Program-made: the position numbers and the translations under genes | Origin: Lingula anatina | Lineage: Eukaryota > Animalia > Brachiopoda | Reading direction: 5' to 3' | Length of the DNA stretch: 64,000 nucleotides | NCBI GenBank assembly: GCA_051362555.1 | Contig: CM120647.1 | Location: 10,433,378 to 10,497,377 of the forward strand | The notes under the pieces: model-generated | Seen by the model: only the letters and a program-made list of their open reading frames with translations | Database searches by the model: none | What the model was told of the DNA's origin: nothing | In this document: piece after piece, positions 40,201 to 54,600 of the stretch | Layout: every line of letters begins with the position of its first letter | How positions within the stretch are numbered: position 1 is the first letter of the stretch

Positions 40201-43200
40201 AAGGAAAGGGATGCATATTTGATTGTTTCACATCTCTTTGGGACAAAATTGTAATCTGGATTTCTGAACAGAATGTGGTCTTCTTCCATGGCCTCTACTA
40301 TTGTATAATGAGGCCTTACAGGGTCACTGGACAATTTAAAAGCATAGGCTAAACAATCACAATCCTTACTAAAATGTTTCTGTTTCAGTACACCAAGATT
40401 GTAGAGATGGCATATTTTCTGAACTGCTTCTGAATTATATGGGGATGCCATGTTCCCCAAATGTGCTTTCAATAATCTGTGCACAATCAGATCAATGTAT
40501 CTGCGCACTGGAGAAGTAAACTGGGTATAAGGTCCTATGTTCATTCCAGAGTGTACTATTTCATTAGGTTTAACATAAGCAGAACAAGTGACTCTTCGGT
40601 GCATCTGAATACTGAACCACTGTTGTAATACATGGGCATGCTGAGGATGCTTTTGCTCCTGACAAACAAGAGTGAAAGCGGTCTTCCAGTCATCACAATT
40701 AACAGCATTCTCTATTGCTTTCCATATGTCTTCCTTTATTTCAACCTTAGGCATAACATATTGTGGAACATTACCAAGACATGGCAATTGTAATCTATGG
40801 GGGTCAAAGTAAAGCATATTTGGCAGGAAATGCTTGAAGTTATCTTTCCAAATGGTGTATAATTCTTCCCTTGGAGGAAGATGTTGCACCAGAATTGTGC
40901 TGTCAGGGTATGCCTTCAAAAGGACTCCTGCCACATGTTTGTTTGCTTCTATCATCCACTCTTCCACTAACTGGTGGCTCTTAAAGTTTGATGAATCTTG
41001 CAAATGGTCAGCATCATAAAGGAAAAAAGCTCCGGTTCCTAAACGCTTAATACGGAGAGCATGTGACAGGTCATAAAGCATTTTCACAGGAAAAAACTCC
41101 TTGGTTGTTGTCTGGTCTTCAATTATTTGCTCCACTTCATTGTAATTCAAATTTTTGTTACAACATATGACAGATTCCACAATGCTAGGCTCTTTGGTGA
41201 ATAAACCATCTTTGTTTATGGTGAAAATAACAGATATTGTCAGCTTATCTTCCCCACTGCGCAAACTACAGAGATCTTCACTAAGTCTTGGAGGCAGCAT
41301 GTGATAGGGCTTGTGATCTTCACAATTGGGGTAAAAAGTTACACTGCGCACAATGGCTTCCTTGTCAATGGCTGCCTCAGCCTCAACATAATACGCAACA
41401 TCTGCAATGTGCACAATGACTTGAAACTCGTTTTCATTATTTGTTTCCTCACAACTCAATGCATCATCAAAGTCTTTTGCATTCAGTGGGTCAATGGTAA
41501 ATGTGTAGATGCTCCTGAAGTCTTTTCTAGAGTCTAATTCATTAGATGGGATTTTATAGTTATTGCCATAGATTGTGTGTAAAAGCTTTCTACTTTGTGC
41601 AGTGAATTGATGGGTCAGACGGTATTGGATTTTCAGCAACTCCAGCCCATTTTCCAATGAATTTGCTGCTGGTTTCACATCTACCACCACTCCCAAAGGA
41701 TATCGGCAATGATCTTTCCAGGTAAGATATCGCACAATGAACAGCCTGTTGTGCTTGCTCTGGGGTTTTATCATTTCCGTGTATACTAATTCCATTTTTG
41801 CTTCATTGTCTCGTCCTTCCTTTACTCTGTATACACTGACAGAATTTTCCCCACCATGTTTATTGAAAATCACTACCTTGGGCATTGTTTTACAAATAGG
41901 TTTCATCAAAGAACAGTTATAGTCATCAACACTACAGATGAGTTTGTACTCTTTAGGTAGGGGTAGGTGGGCAAGGACACCAAGGACCCTGCCTCTTTTC
42001 ACAATTTCACCTGTAGAAGGGTCAACAGGATCTATTGGCAAGTCAAATATCTTGACCACAACTTCTTCACCACTAAAAGCTTGACCACAACGCTGTCTTC
42101 CATAAATCTTAATTTTGTCCACAGATGCATCTCTCTGAACTGGAATGCATGTTGCTTCTTGTGATGTGTCTATCTGGAAAATACATCTCTTGTATCTGTC
42201 AGGATCTTCTTCAAGTTTCTTTCTTAGTAAATGTGGCTCCAAACATTCATAATATGATTTTAGACCTCTGCTGCTAAAATAATCTGAACACATGTCCCCA
42301 GAACAGTCAGACTCCTCAGAATATGTGTCAATATCCAAATAACTGTTCTGTAACCATTCATCTATGCGTTTGCGTTTGTCACCATACTCTATATCTAAAA
42401 TGCTTCTACTTTTAAGGGGGATCTTGGCGGGTTTTTGGTCATACTCTTTTTGCAAGGCTTTCATAATAGCATCAGTGTCAGGATGTTCAATATCTGACTC
42501 TGCATAACCATCTCTGCCAACTGGACAGGGAGAATTGCTTCTGGATGATTCTGTTTGTGTTGAACAAATGGAAACCTCACTCCCACTATACTGACTATAG
42601 CCAGAGCTGATTCCAGAATCCTCTGAAACACTTGATAATACTGTATCAGAAAAGGTGGGACTGTCTGGACGCATTTTCATGGTATCTTGCATTTCATTTT
42701 CAGACATAATATAACTGTGAAACTGTTCCAAAGACTTTTCAATCCACTGAAGGTTTACATTAGCAGGTTTCACACCTTCATGCTGTGCTGATATATCCAA
42801 GTATCTTTTCCACACACTCTGACACAAACCAACTGAACATAAGGCAAGAGGATCGCCGATCACCATGACAAGAGATCTGGCTCTTGTAAAGGCAGTATTC
42901 AGAAGTTTTGGGTCTGACAATACTCCCAGATGATGACCTTTTTGTTTTTTATCACTTACCAGTTTTTGTTTTGTACAAACTGTACTCAGTAGTATGGCCC
43001 AGTATTCAGTGCCTAAAAAATATCAGCATCCGTAAATATTTACCATTGCCTTAGACCCCTTTACCACACCTATATCGGATCGGACCTAAAAGGATCAGTC
43101 CATCTCCAAGAGTTTCTCCCTAAACTGCATTCAGCTTAAGTGACTCTGATGTCTGGCACACCTACTGAAGCTGTAAGGGGATATCGCTTAGTAGCTTCAG

Positions 43201-46200
43201 TAGGCATACCAGGCATCAAACAACTTAAGCTAAACGTAATTAGCAATGATCACCTCAGAGATGGGTCAATCCTGCTAGATCGATCTAGGTATGGGAATGG
43301 GGTCTAACAATCAAAAGTACTTCTTATGGCTATGAAAAGGCATTATTTTGTTTAATTCAGATATAATCAAACCTACTTTGTGTGTCAACAAGCCCTTGGG
43401 TATTAAGATTTTTATTACACTGCATACTTAATGGAAAATAAATTTACAAAGAAATTACAGAACTGGTAAAACAGGAGATTGAATACAACTGATATGATTG
43501 GATGAAAATGGCCATTGCACATAAAACTTAATAATTACCCTGGGCATTCTCAATTACATCCACAACAACTTTCTTAGAGTGGTGGCCAAGGTCCTTCCCC
43601 TTGAGAGCATTTCTGATACACTTCACCTGCAAAATTTATTTTCATTTGATGTGCATATCTCGATCATTTTAATTTGCCTATTGTGCAAATTCGCTTGAAG
43701 AATCTGTGTCCTTGATACATTATGTACATGCATGCAAAATGCCAACAAATGTGAAGAAAAGTCACAGATGAGAAATATGAATAAATTGGATACTGGGATA
43801 TACTGAGACCATTCACTAGACCATTCACAACAAATGTGAAGAAAAGTCACAGATGAGAAATATGAATAAATTGGATACTGGGATATACTGAGACCATTCA
43901 CTAGGTAAATGACCTGTTTAAACTGAGATCCCTTTCTTGTTCAATGTTGGCTTTTCCAACCATTCCCAAATGGCTTCTTTGATGCCATGTTTGACCCACT
44001 TTTATCCAATGGGTAAAAGAATGTTTACTATACACTAGGGCCCGTATTCCAAGATGTTCCTTAAAATAGGGCTAAGGTCAACTTTTATAAAGGCTTCCTT
44101 TGATGAGATGTTCCTTGGTAAAGGAAGGCCTAACGAAATGGTATTCTAAGACCACACTTTAGCCTCTCCTTTGATAAGGAATTACTTTGACAAAAGTCAG
44201 CCTTTAGGTAAGGGACACTGACATAAAGGAGCTCCTCATTGGTTAGAGTAGGCATTTGTGACACCCTCCTTGTTAAAAATGCCTCAGTAATATTGTATAA
44301 TTGGGGTCAACTGATCAACTTCATTCATGCAACAGCGCATATGGACATTATCACTGCATTTGGATTTTTTGATCTAAGCCAAATTTAGTGAACAAAGCAA
44401 ATATGGCAAGAAGAGAACATAATGGTTTGGAGGATGAGAAAACCAAAGTCGTAGACCCCTTTCTGATATCGAAAAAGCAGCTACTGATGCAACTAGTCAA
44501 CAGAGAAAAGCCTATCCTCGATCAAACCCCTGTTTGTTTGTCTGTCTTTTTGTTACCTCCACCAAGTAGGTTATGTTTTCATCCCGTTTGTTTGTCTGTC
44601 TGACTGTCTGTCTGTTGGTTTGTTTGTTTGTCATCAATATAACTCAAAAAGTTACAAGCAGATTTTGATGAAATTTTCAGGGTAGGCCAGAAATGGGATA
44701 TATTTGAAGTGATTAGTTTTTGGTGGTGATCAAGATCAATAATCAATCAATTATCATTAATAAAAAAAACTCAAAAAGTTATGGACCGATTTTTATGACA
44801 TTTACAGGGTAGGTCAGAAATGGGTTAACTTAGAAGTGGTTAGTTTTTGGTGGTGATCAAGATCAATAATCAATAATCACAAATAAGTCAAAAAGTTATA
44901 CGTCGATTGTGATGAAATTTTCATAAACTGTCACAAGTGGGCCAAGGAACAGATGATTCGTTTTTGGTGGTGATCTGGATCAATAATCAATCAATAATCA
45001 AAAATAAAAAAACTAAGTCATTATTGAATGAAAATTGGGTGGAGACTTCACTCTCGGAGTGCTTTTCTAGTTGAATAAATTGATTTTGAATTTAGGCAGG
45101 CATGTTGGTTTATATAGTCCTCCGTGGAGCTGATTTTCACAAGAGAAATGTACACGATGGCTGCTTAAGGAAGACTAAAGTTACTCCAGACCAACCTTAC
45201 ATTATGAGGAATCCTCAGGCGAAAATAAAGGAAATCTTTAAGAAAAGCAGATTCTAGAAATGACCGATTCCTTTGCTAAGGATTGTTAAGTGATTCCTTT
45301 CAAGTGAGATAAAGAAAGGTCTTGGAATACAAATGTTGTATAAGGTCGACTTTAAGTCTCCCTTAACGCTGAAGGGAGATTCTGGAATACGGGCCTAGAT
45401 ATTTATTTGATACAACTTTCCAGTGGTTAAAAACTCTGCTACCCTCAGGATAACTATCCAGAGGTTTACAATTTTATACAAAAGATAGTGTTATCCATAG
45501 AATAGTGCTATCCAGTATTAATGAAACTGGGACCAGATGACCAGTCCATCCACATCATTTACCCAGTGAAAGGTCCTAGGTTGAGACCACAATGTCAGTT
45601 AGTTGCTGTAGGAAAGTTCCAGTATCAGAGTCATTCATATTTCTCATTCTTATTCTACTGGAGTCATTCATATTTCTCATTCTTATTCTACTGGATGCCT
45701 CACAACATTTACTCAAGTTACAGGTATGACAAGAAAAGAATCACCGAAATGTGAATAAAGGTGCAGAGTGACATTTCCTGTAGTCTGCAATGTGGGAATT
45801 AGAAGCTTATATTTAAAATATTACTTACCTGTTCATAGTATGGAGTAAGAATAGCTATTCCATCACTGTCCATTTGCTCTGCCAAAGGCCATGATTTAAG
45901 GAGCTTCTCAGTTTCACTGGCAATTGCTTCTGCTTCTGCAATGTTATAGTATGACATACCGCACTGGCTGAGTTCCTGCTTTCCTTGAACCATACAAAAT
46001 GATAAAGGAAAATAACCTTCAAAATGTGGAATTTCTCGTCTTGAACATAATTTGGTTTTATAGAATACATCAGAGACAAAGTCCAAGATTTCCCGGCAAT
46101 TTCTGTAGTTCCCCGAAAGAACAACTTTGTACTTAGTGTCTTTTCCTTTTTCGTAAAGCCTAAACAACCTCTGAAACATGGTCTGCTGAAGCCAGGGTCG

Positions 46201-47624
46201 CACAGCATTGCAATACACATTTGGGGTTACTTGCATATGGTCACCAGTGAGACAAAGTACTGTGTCTTTGTTGGCCAACAGTAATGGAATCAGACTTTCT
46301 GGTTCTATTGCTTGTGCTGCCTCATCTATCAAAATGTGTGTAAACTTCCCAGACACACTTGTATCAAACAGCAAAATGGAAGACTTCAGTGTAGTGATAA
46401 TGATGTTGCTTTTTTGTAGCCTGGATTCACTGGGCAAGGTTAGTTTGGTATCATCATGTTCACAATACTGTAAAATGTCTGTGCGGACATCGCATATGGA
46501 CTTTTGGTCTTCATAAACCCTCAGAACACTCACTGTTTTCCCCCTTTCTTTCAGGAAGGGTTGCAGGTACTTCAGAATATAAATATCAGCAGCACTGAAA
46601 TTAACAAATAAAAGTAAATTATTATAATGTTGTTCAATATTATACGAATAAGTATCTAAGTTTTAACAATTGCTTAATGATTCCCCCATATTCAAGAATA
46701 TTTTACAATCACCCTCGACTCACCAAAAGAGGTACAAACCAGCTCAAAAGTAAAATGCACATTAGCACTGATGATTAAGGGCGCATTCCCACAGATTTTC
46801 GATCGATCTATCCCCGTGGGGAGTCTCACTAGATTACTGTCAGATAATCCGACTTAAATGTCCGTCCCGCCTAATACAAGCTGTAAGGGGGAAATTAACT
46901 TTCATGCCTGACACCTGACAGCTATTTAGCGTGAACCCCCAGGGAGTTAGGTCGATCTAGTTGGATCAATCTAATCTCTGAGAATGGGCTCTAAGACTAC
47001 TGTTAAATGTGCTGTGAGTACAGTGCCTTTACAAACACATTATAGCAGCAGAAAATTCTATTACCTATCTGACTTGCAGCATATAAGACAACGCTGCTGT
47101 GTGACACTGATCATATTCAACATGGCCTGTGAGAGGGTGTAAGTTTTTCCGCTGCCAAAAGGACCATATACTATCAAGGGAGGCTGCTTTATATACCCAG
47201 TCTTCTTGCTCAACAAATGACTTACAATCTGCAAGTTCTTCTCCTCAAAATTCTCACTCATGCTGAAAGTAAATTAATTATTGCAATTTTAATTTATTGA
47301 GTACACAGATATCTGCAACGTGAGGGACTGTCCCAATGTATTAAAACATCTTGCTTTATTGTGTGAAAAAAGTATAAATATTGTTATTGGAAGTATCACA
47401 TGATAGCCATGACTTAATTGTTATAAAATACTACTCAATAAATAACATAGGGAGAGATCCTCTACTGCTTGACCTCTATTTATCAAGGAATAGTCACAGT
47501 GGTAATAAATGGCAATCAATCAAGTCTCACGGTTTAGCATAAATTCATTCTATAGGCTCAGGTGATTCTAAATGCAGTTAAGTTTATTTGAATTTAAGAA
47601 TATTTCACTGCATGAATTTCATTT

Positions 47625-47679
<55 letters not shown>

Positions 47680-48565
47680 AAACCAAATTGTAAAGTTTGC
47701 TAGTTTTCTTTTGGATTTTAACTACTCCCTCTGAAGTCTTAAGCATTAGTCACTTTAGCCAGAGGTAATGGGCTAGTTAAAAATAAAACAAAAAATTATA
47801 TAACACTGGCTCACTTTGAGACCCTTACTGGCTAAAGTGCTAGTGTCCTTTGTCCTTTAAAGAAACAGACTGATCATGTCACTCATACTAAATACATTGT
47901 ATAAAATTATGCTTGCCTCACAGGTTTGTCCTCAACACTGACTAATGCTGGATTGATCTTGGAAATATCAGGAAACAGCTGGTCCACGTGCCCAAACATG
48001 TCAACAGCAAAGCCCATTAATCTTAGGTTTTCTTTGTCCAGCTGAAAACTGATTTTCAAATCTACTTCCGGCTTCCCATAGAGTTGCAACTCTGCAGAAC
48101 AAGTTGGTGAAAGGATTATCCTAATGCTACTCCCCTGGTCTACCAGTACAGTGGTATCTTGCCTGTACTGACCCTTGATGAGAACAGCTTCATAGGCCTT
48201 ACAAGCTGTGGGCTCAATTGCCATTACATACACCTTCTTGACATGATTGGATATCAAGTGCCCTTGTTTTCCATCACAACTCAGTTCAGGAGGGACAGGT
48301 GCTCTAGCCTCAATACAATCACATGGTACGTTTTCACCGTCATCTTCAAATGGTAGCAGTTTGCATGTTGTCTGCAGCATGGACCTGAAATTATTTAAAA
48401 CTGATATACCTCTATTGTTTAATACAACCATGTTAACCAGGACCTTTACATTAAATTTTGTCCACTCAATGGCTTCAGGGATTTTTTTTTTTTTTTGGGG
48501 GGGGGGGGGGGGGGTCAGAATACAGCACATTTTATGCCAGAGCTATATAAAAGGACTAAAAATAA

Positions 48566-48604
<39 letters not shown>

Positions 48605-51600
48605 CTCAACACCTAAGATTGATGTCACGGAGAATTATTGACAATCAACAGATTGCACACAGAATCCTTTAGTCCCAGAAAATTTCCATGAACTGATCAA
48701 GGAAACACATTGATTTTAAATTCTTTCAGCTACAAAAATGTTAAGTTATCCTAGAGGTGGTTCATATAGAACATTTTATGCATGTCAAAACAAAATTTTT
48801 AAGAAATTTAATATTTTGTTTATGCAGCTGAACAATTTAAATTATGTCACCTTTGTAGAAGTTTTTCCATCTCCAGTTCTTCCAAATCTAGCCAACGTTT
48901 CAGGCAATGCTTGTAATTGTGTTGGTTTAAGTGAGTGGTATATTCATCAACAGCTGTTAAGGACTGCACTTTGACAGCAGGATTTGTTTGCAGTCGCTTT
49001 TGACGATTTAAAAACTCTGTTATCAACCCAGATGTCAGTTTACATTTGGGAAACGGCTCCAGTTCAACATTTCTAAACATTTCATCTGTCATAATTTGTT
49101 GCCTTGCACTTTGTAGCTCTTTCATCTCATTCTCCTGGGCCAGGTCCACCAAAAGTTTGATTTGCAGATGGGGTTTCTCTCCAAAGTCCAGTATCAGCCA
49201 CTGCTCAAAAGAACCGACTGGTACATGAGAATGGAACAAAACTGGGATGGAATATTTGTTTTTCGCCACATCTGTGCAGAATTCCTCTCCATCTGCAAAG
49301 TCTTTGTTGCTGCTTCTCAGGCAAAAATTCACTCTGCCAGTATGCAAAAGCAAGGAGATCTTCTTTAAATTCACCTAGAAAGATATAAGATATATACAGT
49401 TACCTCTTTTTAGAGCACACCAGAAGAAGGCACTTAAAGATTAATTTCTATAAATAAAAAGTCACCAAAAAAAGAATTCATTTTATACTGTTTAATTTCA
49501 TGTAATCAAGTATAGAAAATGTAAGCAAACAATTTTGGAGTAAAACAAAACAAAATATAAGACAAAATATAGAGATTTTATGATGCTTCTTCTTTACCTG
49601 TGATAAATTAATTATTGAAAAAAAACGGTGTTTTCCTAATTTTGAAGAAACTACCTGAACATTGAATTCTGAACCCTGAAACACATTCTGTATTACCTTA
49701 GCTGTGACATCAAACTGCCATTCATAATCCAATCTTCCATCAGTAAATTCTTCTTTCACTATTCCCGCTGGACATGCAACCCCATTCACCTCCACATCAA
49801 CATCTTCAAGGTGATCCTTGAGCTGTAAAATATTCATCAAACCAGTGATCATTACTTTGGCCAAATTGTCAAATTAACGTCATTTTCTTCATTATTCACA
49901 TTATCCCAAATAATTTGCTGAATTAATTAAATATAATGTTCTCTTTAAATGATATCCTTTGTTACAAAATTGTGGAATCTACCTTTCCTGGGAAGTTTTT
50001 GTGTTAACATAATAAATTAATTTGAAACTGTTTAAAATAACCAGGATATTCATGATACAATTTAACATAAAATGAAGAGGAGTTAAATGATATGATGGCT
50101 GTAGGCACTTTTCACACTGAGCACTGTGACTGAGTTCCCATACCTAGATCTATCTAACAGGATTGGTCCATGTCCAAGGGGTTTCACGCTAAATTGCTTT
50201 CAGCTTAAGCAGCTTAGATGTCTGGCATGCCTACTAAAGCTGCTAAACCATAATAAATGACCCCCTAACAGCTTCAGTAGGTGTGACAGACAAATATTAA
50301 ATGTCTGTGCTAGTTAGCCTACAGTGATACACAGAACTGTACCACTCTATGGGAACATTCCCATAATCCTATTGTACTAGCAGGATCAAACTATCTCTGA
50401 GGGGACTTTCACTAAATCGTATTCAGTTTAAGTCTGCACAAAAGTTAATTACTTCCTTAGCAGCTTCAGTAGGCATGACAGACATTTAAGCCGCTTAGAC
50501 TGAATATAATTTAGCAAGAATCCCCTTGGTGTTAGATCGACCCTGCTAATACAATAAGTGTATGGGAACCTAGTCTATGTGAAAAAGACCTAAGATGGGA
50601 GGTCACCTTTCAGTTAAGAGTCGTATTATACTGTGTCTGCACTAAACTGCATGCTACCCTTTGAACTACACATTACACAGTACATACCACTGCCCCTCCA
50701 AAGTCTTTGTATTCTTCCATTAATCTGTTCACATAGTCAAGTTGTTTTTTATCTCTGTTGATTTTCATTCGTCTTTTCTTCTCATCATGCCTCATCTTCC
50801 ACTCCTGGAGTTCCTCCTCACTGTGAGCCTGTGGGCAGTAGTTGCCCAAATCACACGCACCAGGGCTAAAATATGTACATGTGTAACACATATTATACAC
50901 ATCAAACATATCTCATACTTGTCTAAAACAGTAAAGATAAGCGCTATGTAAATCACACAGCATAAGGTTTCTAACATTTTTCACTTTAAAGTACTTTTAG
51001 TTGAAATTCTTTAAATAAAAATGACACTATTCAGGTCCGTAGCCAGCAATTTCAAAAGGGGGGTTCTTTTTCTGAAAAAGTGGACCTTTTTTCATAAAAA
51101 CTTCATGAACCTAGATCTAATTTTACCCAGAGTGGACCTTTTCCCACCATAAAGGGCAGTTCTTTCGAACCCCCCCCCCCCCCCCGAACCCCCTGCCTAC
51201 GGGCCTGCTATTTGATAATCATTAACAGATAAATGCCATGTGGTTTATTTAATGCTGTCTTAATGACCTGCAGATGAACTTTGCTGCATGATTAACATTT
51301 TTGCACAGTTTTCAATCTTGCACAAACCAGAAGTCAGTGTTTGAAGTAATGGTAGACTATGATAAGTGTGAGTTAAGGTCCTTTTTTCCCAGATTGTTAC
51401 AAGGTTATAGTGACACTTATACATGTAACAAATGTCAGGGAAAAAAGGATCAGAGGATACTAAGTTGAAAAAAAATTCGGAAAATTCTTTGAGTACGAGT
51501 ATTTCATGAGTAATTCTTATGCTTATGTTAAATTAAAGAAATTACTGATCAGGCAAAATTACATTTGGAAACTAAGATTTAAACATTTGGACAAGTAAAC

Positions 51601-54600
51601 TGAATTGTTCATATGGTTTATAAGCCATGCCAGTAAATTATCATAGTGAGTCTTGGAATTATAAGATACTGAAATAAGTGTGAAATTTTTAATTTCTGTT
51701 GTATCACTGCAACTTCACTTTTGTTCTTACTTTTCACACAGCTCAAATTTGCCATTATACACTCCTAATGGTGGTTTCCTATGTTTGTAAGATGCATCCA
51801 GGTCCACTGTAGAATCTAAATTTGCCTTATGCTTGTCAGAGGCACAGTGTTTCTGATACTGGGCGTGGCTATTACATGTCACACAGCAAATCTCGCAAAA
51901 GACCTGCTTTCCAATTGTATTCGTACCCCGCTGAAGTACATGGGATGTCGAAGAATCTTTGCTTGATTTTCTAGTTGTCCGATTCCTTTGTGACACCATC
52001 ACCAATTCCTCCTGTGTGGCCACTAAAACATGCATATTATTTTCATTATTTAACTGGATTATTTCAGCAAATTTGAGGTAATCAATGTTAACCAATGTCA
52101 CCCATAAGGAGGCAATGCTGTTATCAAACTACAACTATTTTGGGGGACAACAATGCTTCAACTTTTTATGTAATCTAGGAATCAAACTTCTTTAACAATC
52201 ATAAACTAGAGGATCAGAGAGGCGATACCGCCTCCGAATATTGTACCACCAGCTGGAGCAAGCGCATTCGTATAGACCCCCACATACACAAAATAAGGGA
52301 CACAGCCACCAGTTTTGTGCTTGACAAGCTGTAAAAATGCAATCAACAAGAATTTTTAAACTTTTGCAAAAAATATATATGGTACAATCAAATTTAAGTT
52401 CTTCGTAAGATGTAAGATAGGTCAAGGGTCAATTTCAAGGTCACAGTAAATTGCCAGTATATGACTTCCTATTCAAGTTCAAGAGTAACTATGGACCTAT
52501 CTCTGCCAGTTATGGAGACAAAAGAAAAGCAAAATTTGCAAAGTTCAGTTCATGGTGAAAAGTAGGTCAAAGGTCAATTTTAAGGTCACATTTAGATTGC
52601 CAATATATGACTTCCTATTCAAGTTCAATAGTAACTATGGACCTATCTCTGCCAGTTTTGGAGATAAAAGGGAAGAAAAATTTGCAAAATTCAGTTCATG
52701 GTGAAAAGTAGGTCAAAGGTCAATTTTAAGGTGACAGAAAGATTGCCAGTATATGACTTCCTATTCAAGTTCAATAGTAACTACGGACCTATCTCTGCCA
52801 GTTTTGGAGATAAAAGGAAAGCAAAATTTGCAAAGTTCAATTCATGGTGAAAAGTAGGTCAAAGGTCAATTTTAAGGTCACATATAGATTGCCAGTATAT
52901 GACTTCCTATTCAAGTTCAATAGTAACTATGGACCTATCTCTGCCAGTTTTGGAGATAAAAGGAAAGCAAAATTTGCAAAGTTCAATTCATGGTGAAAAG
53001 TAGGTCAAAGGTCAATTTCAAGGTCACATTTAGATTGCCAGTATATGACTTTCTATTCAAGTTCAATAGTAACTACGGACCTATCTCAGCCAGTTTTGGA
53101 GATAAAAGAAAAGCAAAATTTGCAAAATTTAGTTCATGGTGTAAAGTAGGTCAAAGGTCAATTTTAAGGTCACATTTAGATTACCAGTATATGACTTCCT
53201 ATTACAGTTCAATAGTAACTATGGACCTATCTCTGCCAGTTTTGGAGATAAAAGGGAAGCAAAATTTGCAAAGTTCAGTTCATGGTGAAAAGTAGGTCAA
53301 AGGTCAATTTTAAGGTCACATAAAGATTGCCAGTATATGACTTCCTATTCAAGTTCAATAGTAACTACGGACCTATCTCTGCCAGTTTTGGAGATAAAAG
53401 GAAAGCAAAATTTGCAAAGTTCAATTCATGGTGAAAAGTAGGTCAAAGGTCAATTTTAAGGTCACATATAGATTGCCAGTATATGACTTCCTATTCAAGT
53501 TCAATAGTAACTACGGACCTATCTCTGCCAGTTTTGGAGATAAAAGGAAAGCAAAATTTGCAAAGTTCAATTCATGGTGAAAAGTAGGTCAAAGGTCAAT
53601 TTTAAGGTCACATATAGATTGCCAGTATATGACTTCCTATTCAAGTTCAATAGTAACTATGGACCTATCTCTGCCAGTTTTGGAGATAAAAGGAAAGCAA
53701 AATTTGCAAAGTTCAATTCATGGTGAAAAGTAGGTCAAAGGTCAATTTCAAGGTCACATTTAGATTGCCAGTATATGACTTTCTATTCAAGTTCAATAGT
53801 AACTACGGACCTATCTCAGCCAGTTTTGGAGATAAAAGAAAAGCAAAATTTGCAAAATTTAGTTCATGGTGTAAAGTAGGTCAAAGGTCAATTTTAAGGT
53901 CACATTTAGATTACCAGTATATGACTTCCTATTAAAGTTCAATAGTAACTATGGACCTATCTCTGCCAGTTTTGGAGATAAAAGGGAAGCAAAATTTGCA
54001 AAGTTCAGTTCATGGTGAAAAGTAGGTCAAAGGTCAATTTTAAGGTCACATAAAGATTGCCAGTATATGACTTCCTATTCAAGTTCAATAGTAACTACGG
54101 ACCTATCTCTGCCAGTTTTGGAGATAAAAGGAAAGCAAAATTTGCAAAGTTCAATTCATGGTGAAAAGTAGGTCAAAGGTCAATTTTAAGGTCACATATA
54201 GATTGCCAGTATATGACTTCCTATTCAAGTTCAATAGTAACTACGGACCTATCTCTGCCAGTTTTGGAGATAAAAGGAAAGCAAAATTTGCAAAGTTCAG
54301 TTCATGGTGAAAAGTAGGTCAAAGGTCAATTTTAAGGTCACAGAAAGATAGCCAGTATATGACTTCCTATTCAACTTCAATAGTAACTATGGACCTATCT
54401 CTGCCAGTTTTGGAGATATAAGGGACTAAATGTTATAATTTTGGAGTTACCATAATGTGCCTTAAATTTCGTACAGAAAAAATTAATTAAAATAAAGAAA
54501 ATGTCATTTTGGTCAAAATTCTAGAAATAGGAGGTGCTCTGAAGTTTCAGAAGTTCAAATTTGATGAAATAATGTCATTTTTGAACACAAGTTGTCTGCT

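Noticed and set aside
39278-42164. Antisense and alternate-frame ORFs overlapping the RNB exon (also those over 10086-12252 and 55951-57103)
   Set aside because: They are shadow ORFs of long coding exons with no recognisable motifs.
52990-53935. Two identical ORFs (MVKSRSKVNFKVTF...)
   Set aside because: They are by-products of the 146-bp satellite and its 730-bp higher-order repeat, with no splice or domain support.
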